From: Phoronis australis
Taxonomy: Eukaryota > Animalia > Phoronida
Assembly: GCA_002633005.1 (NCBI GenBank)
Contig: NMRA01000261.1
Span: forward strand, 513,215 to 577,214
Length of the DNA: 64,000 nucleotides
Reading direction: 5' to 3'
This document shows positions 52,401 through 64,000 of the stretch, one piece after another. The translations under genes were made by a program, and so were the position numbers. Below the pieces are notes generated by a model, which saw nothing but the letters and a program-made list of their open reading frames with translations, was not told the DNA's origin and ran no database searches. Within the stretch, counting starts at the first letter, position 1. Every line of letters begins with the position of its first letter.

Positions 52401-55400
52401 TGACTTTACTTAATAACTGTATGAAGCCATGCTGTCTGTTATGGATTCTCTTCATTGATGATGTTTTGAGATAAGGAATGAATCTGGTGAATATTAAGGA
52501 CTTATTGTTAATGTGGTTTCGCTGAATGTGAGACACACGTCCTTGTTATATTTTGTGAGGCTGCCCACCGTTAGGTACTTTTAGGATTTTAGGGTACACA
52601 TGAGTTTTAAAATTCTACAGATTTCACTATTTCCCATTAAAAGTAAAATATAACTAAATTATCAGCATTTTTGAAGCGAGATTGCAAACTTCGTGGCTGA
52701 AAAATCCACCATTAAAGGACTGTAATAATCAAGAGCCCATGGTTACGTGGCTTTGCTGTATGGGATATTAGCTGCTTTACAAATCAAGTTGGAGATGTTG
52801 AGTAGGAATTTTTGAAGCTAATGAATTCCAAAAAATCATTCAAATCACATTTTAGAAAATGGGAAAAGTATTTCATTGCACTGACTTTATCACCAAGGAT
52901 CAGTACCTATAACATCACCGTGGATCAGGAATCATTGAGATATTGTCTGAGATTTGCTGAAGCCTTTGCCTCAGAAAAATCAATGGGTTGACAGCCCTGA
53001 TTTTGTCTTGACTTGACCTGTTTTGTGCTGGGGGGTCTGGGTGTAGGTTGATTGCATTTCTGCAAATAGCACATAACATTTTTGCACTATCGTGCTTTCA
53101 GGTGATCCTGGCACTAGAAATCATAGAATGTACTCGGTAAGTATATCCAAGTTATGTTCAAGCTTGTCAAATGAATTCTGTGTTCCTTTTTGAAATAGTG
53201 TGCAACAATTTGCTATGATTTTAACCCAAAACGATTANNNNNNNNNNNNNNNNNNNNNNNNNNNNNNNNNNNNNNNNNNNNNNNNNNNNNNNNNNNNNNN
53301 NNNNNNNNNNNNNNNNNNNNNNNNNNNNNNNNNNNNNNNNNNNNNNNNNNNNNNNNNNNNNNNNNNNNNNNNNNNNNNNNNNNNNNNNNNNNNNNNNNNN
53401 NNNNNNNNNNNNNNNNNNNNNNNNNNNNNNNNNNNNNNNNNNNNNNNNNNNNNNNNNNNNNNNNNNNNNNNNNNNNNNNNNNNNNNNNNNNNNNNNNNNN
53501 NNNNNNNNNNNNNNNNNNNNNNNNNNNNNNNNNNNNNNNNNNNNNNNNNNNNNNNNNNNNNNNNNNNNNNNNNNNNNNNNNNNNNNNNNNNNNNNNNNNN
53601 NNNNNNNNNNNNNNNNNNNNNNNNNNNNNNNNNNNNNNNNNNNNNNNNNNNNNNNNNNNNNNNNNNNNNNNNNNNNNNNNNNNNNNNNNNNCACTAGAAG
53701 TAAACCGAATTCTTCTTCGCTTGAATGCGAAATGAACATATTTACATGTTGACCATATAAGATCTTTTTCCTCCATAGTCATGAGTCTGTTGAATTTTGT
53801 AACATTGGGATTGTTGTAGCTCCATGCAGGCAAATATCGTTTCCTAAGGTCATCGTAGAATGGGCATTCGATAACAAAATGATATTCCGACTCGACATAT
53901 GTCCTAACACAGAGAGGGCATAACCTTTCTGTTCTGTTAAGTTTCAAGTGTCTACCCTTTTCAATCATTAGTGCATGCGCTGAACATCTCAATCTCACCA
54001 TATCAGATCTAACATTTACATTGTCAATTACATCTAAATAGTTTTCAAAACATATATTTAACTTAAAAGTTCTGTAAGTTTCCAGCTTAATCGAATTGTT
54101 CAAAATATCTTGCCATTTTTGCTGATCAATATCTTTGCATCTTTGTTTAAAAAGTGATATGAAGCTTGTCTCGGAACCTACACCCTGATTATACCATGCT
54201 TCTCCAAAACCAAACTGAAATAACAATTTCTTAACATCATTAACCCAGCACGGTTTATTAACATTTTCCGTCATATTGTACTGCCATTCATAGCAATGAT
54301 ATGTAATTTTTGACTCATCGGTTTTTAATAGTTTTAACCAATATTTCATAATTCTAGGAAGTCGGTAAGCAATCAAGGAGTAACGACCCATCTCACCTCT
54401 AGCAGTCGATGAAATTGCCGTGCTAGGCAAATTTAAAATTTCTTTACAAAACTTTGTGTGGACTATTTCAATACATTCGCAATCATTAAAACCCCAGATC
54501 TCACAGCCATAATGAAGTATCGGCAATATTTTACAATCGAATAATTTTAAACTAACTTTAACAGGGAGTGCATTAAAACCATTGACATTTTTTCTCATCA
54601 AATTCACTGCCTTAGTAGCCTGTAATGATAGAGTTTTCTGTGCGCAAGACCACGAACTATATATATGCAGCGATAATTTTAGGAGCGCGTCCTGCATCAT
54701 TGGTGCAAAATATCTTTTATTGATGCATTATTTCTGGCCAACGAGTGCACTAAAACTTTTGGCAATTTCGCCTGATCTTTTCTTGAATAATGTGTATTAC
54801 ATTCAGAATCTAATACGTCAACCACAATGCATAGCGATTGATCAAAATAACAATTTTAATGATATGGGGTCTTGTATATTGCGGAAATGCTGATCCCAAT
54901 TGCAGGTTTATGTGTTTAGTTAAATCGAAATGCAGTTAGTCATCCAAACTAATAACTAATTGTGCAACATACTAAGGTAGCAGACAAAATCATGTATATT
55001 TAAATTCCAGCTCCCAAATATCAAATCAAAAAAGGGCAGGACGTGTCCTATAGGTCCTAAAAATTGGCCCATAGATTTGAGGGCATGTGGGTCAATTGTT
55101 TCATAGCCGTGTATTTTTTCTAAAATGATCCTTGTAATTGTTGAAGTCCATATGCCTGTATGTGAAGGTGTGCCTATATGTATAACAATAAAGCAGAAGA
55201 GGAAAATTTTTGAAATATTGTGTGTGACAGTTTCCTTATCAATTACTTAATCTTAGGTGTTGACGGACATTCAATTTCAAAGGATTCAAAATCGTGTTGG
55301 TGATTTCTCTCAAAAATTCCTGTTGCTCATTAGTACGCCATAAAATCAACATTACAATGCTTGGTTTTTTCGCAGCTAGTGGATCCTGTAGTTCAAAGTG

Positions 55401-58400
55401 GGTGATCGTTCCACGCAGCCGTAGGCTGATTCACCTCAAGCGTTTGTAACCAATATAACAAACTTGGTGAAGAGTTTTCAGCCTTACTCCAAACCTTTAA
55501 GGGTTGATGAATGTTGCAGAACATTGGTACAAAGATTAAAGGCGAAGGCAACCTGTTTTCATGTCATTTTTAGCAAAAATAAGGTTCGTTGATTATCCCA
55601 GACATATTTTTCACTTATTTACTGCTTTTCGTAATTTAATTAATTACTCGTCGCCTACTCCGGAAGTGACGTTTTGGGAGGCAAGAATTTCGCGCCAATT
55701 TCTTTTCATATAGTCTGACTGTGAGAGCAGTCAAGTCAGTCATTGTTCTACCTCGGTTAATTGTGATAAGTTCGGTCGTCGTTTGCTTTTGCTTACGAGT
55801 CAGTCAACATGCCACGCTGTTGCTGAGTACTGGGGTGTACTCATTATCGTCTCACGTACAGAGGAAGAACTGTCCCACTTGCCCGAGGGTGATCTGAGCA
55901 CCCAAACTGCTTACATCCCGCCGTGTGACTCCCTTGACACACACCTGGCACCTTCTAAATAGCTCCAATACAAGTCCACAATAAACTTATCAAACTTAGG
56001 CTCACCGATCTGTTCATTGGATGATGAACTGTCCTCTTCACTGGGTGTCGAACTGGGCCTGTATTCACTCCCACTACTCAACATCGCTGCAGGGCTGTGT
56101 ACAGGCTCTGGGTTAGAGACAACAGCACAGAGCGAATCACTGCTAGTTCCCAGAATTGCACGCAATGGGGTTACGTTCTGAGGCGCGGGTGACAGTAGAT
56201 GAAGTGCCTCCAGTCACTGTATATAGTGGCCACAGCTCGTGAGGCTTCTCGCTTCAAAAACGCATTTCTCGGGGGTGGCGACGGGGCACTGCCGGGAATC
56301 AACAGCGACGGTATGGTACCTTTCTTCAGGCGTTGTTTCGCAGGGACCTTCATCAATTCAGCGTACATATCTGTCATAATCTGACGGCAGAAAATGCTTG
56401 CCACACACTCAGTAACCCCCCATTGCTTTGTACGTTGCGTGGACGGGTAGCGCTGCGTTTTTCTCATGAACGAGCTAGCCAAGTACGGCGAAGTGTGTCA
56501 TCCTTCGGAAAGCGACACAAGGTACCCAAAGCGCGTGTGAGATGATAATGAGTTCATCACGGCACGCAGCAACAGAGTGGTATGTTGACCGACTTGTAAA
56601 CAAAAGCAAACGACGACCAAACTTATCACAAATGAGGTAGAACAATGACTGACTCGACAGCTCTCACAGTCAGACTTTTATGAAAAGAAATTGGCGCGAA
56701 ACTCTTGCCTCCCAAAACGTCACTTCCGGAGTAGAAGACGAGAAATTAATCAAATTCCAAAAAGCTGTAATTAAGTGAAAAATGTGTCTTGGATAATCAA
56801 AGAACCTTATTTTTGCTTAAAGTGACATGAAAAAAGGTTGCCTTCGCATTTAAGATGTTAGTACTATTTAATTAGCTAAAACACGGTTAAGTATCCTTTT
56901 ACATTAACAGATAAAGAACAATGCAAAAGTGTAGTTTAAGACAGAATGCACCTATTTTGAACCAGTTGCTCGTGCACTGGTATTCAAAACGGTTGTTGAG
57001 TAGAAATGTTTCTTATGACGAAGAGGTATTTGGATATTGGCGCAGGAACCTTAATCCGTGCATCATATAAGAATATTGCTGCATGAACCTTAATCTGCAC
57101 ATCATGTAAGAAAATTTTCTGCCCGTTTTACTGGAGATGTTCCCCCAGTGACTAAAACAATAACTGAGTAAAGTTGTATTGAAGCACTTCATTGCGACAG
57201 AAAATTCTGGAATATAGATTAAAAGAGTCATGCTAAAAGTCTAGTCCAGTTCATTTTTAAAACTACGTTTTTATTGTATTTTTGCTTTTGGTTAGAATTT
57301 TCTGTCAGATCTCTGCTGCATTGTTTATCGAGCCTCATTTTAATTCCATTGTCTGTTGATTTTATTGCTTCATATTTCCTCAGGAACTCCTTCAACTTGC
57401 TGAGCAGCTGGGTGAAGTTAAACAGAAAGGACTGAGGTCACAGGACATTGAGAGACTTCCAACCAGAGTTTTTACCAATAAACAGTCATCGGATGGTGAA
57501 ATACCCTCATGCAATGTTTGTTTCTGTGAATTTGAGCTTGCGGAATGCATTCGTATGTTGCCATGTCTCCACGAGTTCCACGCGCCTTGTATCGACAAAT
57601 GGTTAAAGGTTGGTATCTGTCGTAATTTATAGGACATCATTTTGACATGTTTGTAGTATGCAAAATTGTCATTTCTTCTGCGTAGTTCATTGAACTTAGA
57701 CAACATGGGTAGGGATCTACCAAGGACCAGACACTGTAATGATAATGAGCTCATAAACCTCTACAATTAACTGAGCTGAGTTGCATAAAACTTCAAAGTT
57801 CATCCACTGGGTGCAATTTGCTGGGCAATGTGTGCAGCAGTTTTCAAAAATTTTTTTTAGCACAGCCCCAGAAACCGCTTTCGCATTATATCCAGGTTCT
57901 CATTCATTCCCTTGCATGCATCACAAGTAAAACTGAGCTCATAGTAGCAGGAGTCACTTTTGTGCAATGTTTGATTGTCTGCTAGTAAACCCAGGATTTG
58001 AACCTGGATTTCCCAAACTCCTTGAGAATAGTAACCTATTGTGTGAAGCTGCCATGCCATGTCTGGTTATTCGCATAACATAAGTTTAATGTCAAACTGG
58101 GCCCTGATTGCTATATACTTTTAGTTTCTTTTTGTGTTGGTTTATCGTCTTAGAATTGTGTGTGTCTTGTTGAAATCGGCCAGCTTCTGAATGCAGGAAC
58201 ATTACAGTATGCTGCATGTTTAAACATTCCACTAAGCTAAAAAACAGACATGTGTAAAACCATGCCTGTTTGTTCCAATGAAGCATGTGTTGTGGATGAT
58301 GCATTTCTATGGACACTCGTAATGTTGTGTTCATGGACTGATAACGATTATACATCGCAATGCATGCATCTGCTATCAACAAAGCAGGTTTATACTGATT

Positions 58401-58723
58401 TTCTACCGGCCATAACTCTTCGTTATCGGAACAAAAATGCATTGCCTTATCGTGTGGTTATACCCATCCATATGTCTTTAGCTATAAGTTGGACAGGCAT
58501 AAATCAGATCCTCGAATAAAATTCTGCTTTACAATTGCTTTACTTTGTGCTTTCAGCCAAACTGCTACTATAATTTACTTGGTCTGCTTGGATCTGCCAG
58601 GTGCAAGTTTTAACATAATTTGAAAATTTCTTATTTTGATTTTGTATTGCTTTGACACTAATTTTTATGTTTTAGACGAATGCTACATGTCCAATTTGTC
58701 GCTGCACTGTTGATGTCAGCTGA
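46462..58723 (+). CDS. RING-H2 E3 ubiquitin ligase (RNF38/RNF44/Arkadia-type C-terminus) with MIU/UIM-like motifs. Exons 46462-47344, 48836-48918, 50055-50228, 52271-52334, 53102-53136, 57384-57608, 58676-58723
   Basis: Phase-compatible GT-AG junctions throughout. Ser/basic-rich N-terminus; [78 protein letters not shown]. Start codon is uncertain, and an exon could be hidden in the 53238-53691 gap. Confidence 0.88.
50461..52063 (+). mobile_element. Helentron-associated non-autonomous element (HINE/DINE-1-like) with internal ~150-bp tandem repeats
   Basis: 5' TTTTT + subTIR ATGCGCCCAC (50466-50475) with nearby inverted partner GTGGACGCAT (50486-50495). GTCY microsatellite, then a tandem array, a 3' subTIR GTGGGCGCAT (52029-52038), a short hairpin and a TTGTT end. 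Confidence 0.75.
53238..53691. other. Assembly gap (N run)
   Basis: Run of N. Confidence 1.
53692..54660 (-). mobile_element. 5'-truncated non-LTR retrotransposon (RTEX-like) ORF2 C-terminus
   Basis: Open frame with LFDCKILPILHYGCEIWG, RGEMGRY, RLRCSAHALMIEKGR and a CCHC finger RLCPLC..ESEYHFVIECPFYDDLR. The RT catalytic core is absent. Confidence 0.85.
55540..56849 (-). mobile_element. Kolobok-type non-autonomous fold-back element (copy 3) in a RING-gene intron
   Basis: TTAA flanks (55536-55539, 56850-56853). Same long TIRs and same internal junction as copy 2, in the opposite orientation. Confidence 0.9.
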
Positions 58724-58910
58724 TGGCCCACGCTGGTTCTATTGTTAATGTCTGCTGAAGCCAGGACCATGCTGGTTCTACTGTTGATGTCAGCTGATGG
58801 CCCATGCTGGTTCTACTGTTGATGTCTGCTGAAGCCGGGACTATGCTGGTTCTACTGTTGATGTCAGCTGATGGAGCATGCTGGTTCTACTGTTGATGTC
58901 AGCTGATGGA
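58706..58910 (+). repeat. 35-39-bp minisatellite starting in the last codons of the RING gene
   Basis: ACTGTTGATGTCAGCTGATGGCCCATGCTGGTTCT and variants, ~6 copies. Confidence 0.9.
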
Positions 58911-61900
58911 GAATGACTGTGCTTGTGCCCAGAGTTTGCAGACTTGCAGATTCATTTCACAGACTTTGATTATGAGGATGTAGTTTGTCGTTTTTTGTTT
59001 GTGTGTCTATTGAAGCAAAATTTTACGCTAGAAGTTTGCCTTTGAGTTGTCATTTTTGGATGGTGACCCAAACTGGACTCAATTTATTAATATTAAGGAT
59101 GATAATGATAGCTGGAATGACACCGATGATGCTGATAGTAGCCTACTTCATTTGCAGCCAGTCATTGGTATTTTGATTTATTAAAATCACGTACAGCAAA
59201 TGCAAGTGGCATAGCTAAGGGTAGGTAAACTCTGGTATTACCAACTCTTGTTGTTTAGAAAACATCAGTTAAGCTGTTGTACCATCAGTGTTACTAGATG
59301 TATCACTGTCACGTGTGTTTGATGAATTTTAATTTGCTACATGAATAGTATCTTGGAAGGTTAATGTATGTGTTGAAACCCAGAATCAGATGAAGATTAA
59401 CTGCATTTTATAGTTGATTCTCCATATAGGTTTCACTTTGAACAAATTTGTTTCTTAATATATCTCTCCAGGTACCAAACTTTTGAGTCTATAGCAAAGT
59501 AGAAGCATATTGTGATAAATATACAAATAACGAATAAATTACTCCAAGGTATTTCACAGGAGGAATTACTCGAGTTGCTACAGCTACAAAAAAAACGAAT
59601 GTTCCTAGGATGGTGAATGTTATTCAAGTAATTATCATGAGAATGTGTCGTAGATAATTATGAACGTTTAAGTGAGTTTAAACTGTTCAGCGCGGTGAGA
59701 AATTGGAAGAAGACCATTCTCTGAGAGGCCACTGGGGTCTGCCTACGGGACAATGGTGCCCAGGCAAAGAACTATGTGTATACTTTTATTTTGAGCTATT
59801 TACGATCTCTTTGTACGCCATACTTGTACCAGAATACGAAGCATCCGCAGAATCGATGTAGCACAAAAGTAAAGCATTGGCAAAAAGTCTCACCACTCAC
59901 AATATTTGCTTGTCTGTGTGAACAATTGAAACGAACAGTAACAGAATGACAGCATCATCCATACGTCTCCCTTTAAAACATTGTCCAGAGAAACAGCAAA
60001 GATATTCACCATTTCATAACGAAATAGATTGTTGCCTCGTTTTTGTCCAGATGTCATCGCCAGTAAGTAGGCCTACGTTAAATGTCATCAAACTTACACC
60101 TGTTTTGTTTAATTAATACTGCGTCACTGTTCTTCAATAATCTAGCTTAGTTCATACTCGTCTACTTCGCCCATCTCTTGATAGCCTTGGTTTTCCTCGA
60201 AGAGACTTGATCCGGGGACTATTCTTTTTACTGGAAATCTAAAACATTTTTAATACTTTCCGCTATCCTTTTATACGAACTCGAGGACAATTATCTAGCA
60301 TTCTGTTCTCGAGTATATTATGGATTACGCAAATAAGAGTGTTGTCCAAATTCGCTCTTGACGATCGGTTCGAGAAACAAACTCGAGTAAAACCTCAATA
60401 TGTTGAGCAAAAACTCGAGATTTCTAACTTATATGTTTTAATGCTGGGATCATCAAGTGTAAAATAGGATTATACAGTTGTCCAAGTAAATCATATTCTC
60501 AAGCGCATAATGACACTTATCTTGAGTTCCTACAAAAGTAGAAAGAAAAATGATTAAAATATATTTCGATTTCGAACAAAAAGATTAGTCTCCAGTCCCT
60601 GGGCTGTGTTTTATGAGAAGTGGCTTGAGGCTTAAGTCGGGCTTACGCTCTGCACAACCATTTCTGAAAACTAATAAAATCTCACTTGAGCAAAAGTGCG
60701 AAGTGCCTAAGGATACACACCCCAATGCTCAGATAATTTCTGTAAATTATTTATAGACAGTGATGCGCTCGTAATTGCTTGACTAAGAATATACTTAAAA
60801 AATTGTAAAATGGGAGTGTTGGACCAAATTTCATGTCCTTTGGAATGGATATTTAGCGCGACAGATCCACAAACCAAGTCGGGAGCTTTGCATCTCGGGG
60901 CTTCAATCCGTAGTTCAGCAGATCTACGCTCAGAGGTCAAGGAAAAATTACTTTAGTGGGAAGTGAGGGCGGGGGGTTCGGGAGCGAAAAATGTTTTAAT
61001 GCTGAAGTTCATGTCTGTAACCGGCAGGATGGGACGATATGAACGCACGCCCCCTACCCGGCCACCCTCGGAGGGGCAGTTGCGGCCCACCTAAACCAGG
61101 ATGGGTTTGACTTATTTTATATATTGATTTTTTTACTGACGACCGGGGGTTGCATTTATTGATTACAAAAATTAATTATTCATTGCTAAATTCAGCCTCA
61201 TCAATTTGTTCTTCCAGAACTGACCCCAGTGAATTTTTAATGGGCAGCTGGCCTCCTCCAGCCGAAATCCGGGGATAGGATAATCCCTGAATTTTTTGGA
61301 ATTATCGAAATTTTAAAACTAAAGGGACATTTTGACTGGAGTGTGTTTTTTTTTATTCCCGAAGGCTTTAAAAGAGCCTATTTTAATATGTAATAAACAT
61401 ATTTTCGAAGGATTTAAATCGTCCATATAAATAAGTAAGTTCTAAATGTTCTTCATAACTGGCTTCTCCAGTAAAGATTTTCAATCATTTCCCAAGGGCA
61501 CACGCAAAGATGAATGACGCCACCTATGAGAGGGAGTTTAGGGACTAAGACATGCTCAGGTTTAACTTGTGTGAATACTGATTGATTCTAGTGGTGACAT
61601 TGTTACGGTTTCGCAAAAATCTTTGTTTGCGATTGTCAATACGTTAAGCACCTTGACATCAGCAAAACATACAGATAATCAGATAAAGTTACTGGAAGAA
61701 TTTACTCTTCATAAATAACGCACCCCTAATAGCGATCTTTAACAGATACGCTGTTCTTGGGATTCTTTGGGCAAAAGTTTCGACATTCCGTAATTATAAA
61801 ACCACCAGGAGTATGTTCTTTGGGTAATTTATATATAGTGATCTTCGAGTTCCAAACTTGCATCATTTCGATTCTGGCCAGTACTGTACTGCTTTTTAAT

Positions 61901-62251
61901 GCAGTCTTCCATTTTTGTTGTTTGGGCCGCATGTCTTGCTGCTGTGTTTCACACAATCATGTTTGTGGTTTTCTCGACCAATTATTATTTTTATATATCC
62001 CCTCACGCGAATAGTTGACAGGTCCCCTTCTCTGTGAGAAGGGTTCCTTAGAACGAAGGATCTTAATAAATATGAAAGGTAGTGGTCATGAACGGTGGAA
62101 ACTGGAAACGAACGCCAAGGACGCCTTCATTGCCCTGCCCTCGAAGAGATGGAACCCCTTTATATGAGTTAAAAAACGGGCAAGTTTGCGGCAATTGATG
62201 CTATCACCAGGTCTTCTCTCTGTCAGCGCCACATTAATTTTAAGTAGCACT

Positions 62252-62292
62252 CACACACACACACACACACGCACACAAACGCACACGCACAC
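62252..62292. repeat. (CA)n microsatellite, imperfect
   Basis: Directly visible. Confidence 0.85.
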
Positions 62293-64000
62293 TGCGGAAC
62301 GACAGTTGAATTCATTAATCTCTTGCCAGAGAGTTGTTCGTAGAAATGAACAGTTTAACATTATTTGAATGTTGATAACTTAAGTTAATAATCTGAATCA
62401 ATTTGATCTGGCAATATATGCATATAAATTTATTTTGTACTTTTTCGAAGTATGCTAAAGTGACCTTTTCGCGTGCAGACGACACATTCTGTAGACTACA
62501 CATCTTCAAAATGGGGCAGCCTAAAAATGGCCGACCAGGTCTTCCGAAAGGTAAACCAGGCACTGATAGTTGACAAAAAATTTCTTTGATTTAACTCTCT
62601 CTCCTAGACGCGTTTCGCTGTCTCTCTGATCATTTGCGTCCAAATCTGGGAATCAACTGCCTCTTGCTTCCGCCTAATACGCCTACGCGGGCCGCTACCA
62701 GGGTCCTCCTGACACCACATGCCTGCACCCGGGGGGGGGGGGCTCGGGGGGCTCGACCGAGGCCCCCATTTGGCGAAGTGGGCAAAAAGGTCCGTCTTAG
62801 AGAAACAAAAAGTCCGAGAAAACGAGACAAAAGTCCATTAAAAGGGCGCAGACGCACAGTGAAAGTGTTACCCCGTTTTTTTAGTTCTCCCGCATTTTTG
62901 TCAGCAAAAGGTCCACGTCACCAGAAATTCGAGCCCCCCTCATATTAAAGGTGGGTGCGCGCGTGCACCACGTCACATTATTGTATGTGGGGAGGGAGGG
63001 AGACGTGCCCGCATGCCGCTCGGCTTGCTGCGGCCCTTGGGGGTTGAGGACACCAACAACATGGCATTCCTTTAAAGTAGTCAGGGTAAAAGAACCTAAC
63101 TGGTTTTCATGGGAAACACCCTTTAGGTTACTTGGCGGCACTGAATCTCGTCACTTATTTATAAAAGCAATAATCTTCAAAGGGACACTGTCATTTATAC
63201 GGCTGAGAAACATAGTTTCGGGATTGTTGGACGGAATAGACTTTCCGAAGCTATTAGGTTTGACCAGAGGCACAAAACAACAAAATCCGTTGCTTTTGCG
63301 ATTTAATTACATGTCGCCAATTCTCGCCGTTGTTTGCCAGACGCTAAAATCAAGGCCGGTGTCTTACACGCTTTGAAAACAGTGCGCTATCTCACACGAG
63401 GGAGCGCTCGGCTGCCACTGCGGGTATCGGTAGAATTCCTTTTCTAGACGAGATACAATTTTTGCACTACGTTGGTTTACATTGTAAAAATGCAATGATG
63501 ATCAGGCCATTTAAAAAGTTAACTGACAACCACTTATGTGTACGAACATATTGCACAACCCTCTGCAATCACCGTGTTTTTCTCGAAAAAAATAAGATTT
63601 TCCATGGTAAGGAATCGCCGAAAATTCATGAAACACAAAAAACCTAATCCATGGCTTTTTCACCGAACAACATAGTTGAAAAAATTACAGACAAGAAGGG
63701 ACTTTGAATAAGTCCGACGCAGCACTAATTAGCTCAAGGTAAATTTGTAAACTTCAAACCAGAATGAAACGAAGGAGGTGCCACGAATCTTCCGACGAGT
63801 AGCAATGAACAGCATGGTTTTATCTTGTGGGAGCGCGAAGGGAGTAATCTTAAGTTGTTGGGTCTACTATTTGTGTGTGACGTGGAGAACCTTAACAATG
63901 TCTTGTACCCGATGGGCGCGCTTGTACTGTGAACTTTGCGCCTGTCACTGAAAGTAACCCATTTACGCGGGAAAGCGCCAGAATTTAACTTTTGGTTTGT

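Noticed and set aside
53200-53739. ORFs spanning the N gap
   Set aside because: Artefacts of translating N.
62500-63400. GC-rich, Arg/Pro-rich ORFs near the window end
   Set aside because: Low-complexity translations of probable repeat sequence, with no domain or supported exon chain.

Overview
Eukaryotic, AT-rich, intron-containing DNA from a draft assembly, most likely a bilaterian marine invertebrate (inference from gene and repeat content). It has single-N joins at 24975, 37847, 40852 and 43137 and a gap at 53238-53691. Four host genes can be built with GT-AG junctions: a single-pass LRR receptor (-), an intronless orexin/allatotropin/RFamide-type peptide GPCR (-), ERI1 3'-5' exoribonuclease (-), and a divergently oriented RING-H2 E3 ligase with MIU/UIM-like motifs (+). 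The rest is repeat-rich. The most notable feature is three related TTAA-flanked Kolobok-type transposons. One keeps the convergent THAP-transposase and KolX (P2X7 ballast-like) gene stubs. The other two are a fold-back derivative in which the KolX end is replaced by an inverted copy of the THAP end. Also present: a Helentron/DINE-like element carrying ten co-oriented CTCF-like motifs, two LINE relics, several MITEs, tRNA-derived repeats and mini/microsatellites. All calls were made by eye, without database searches.
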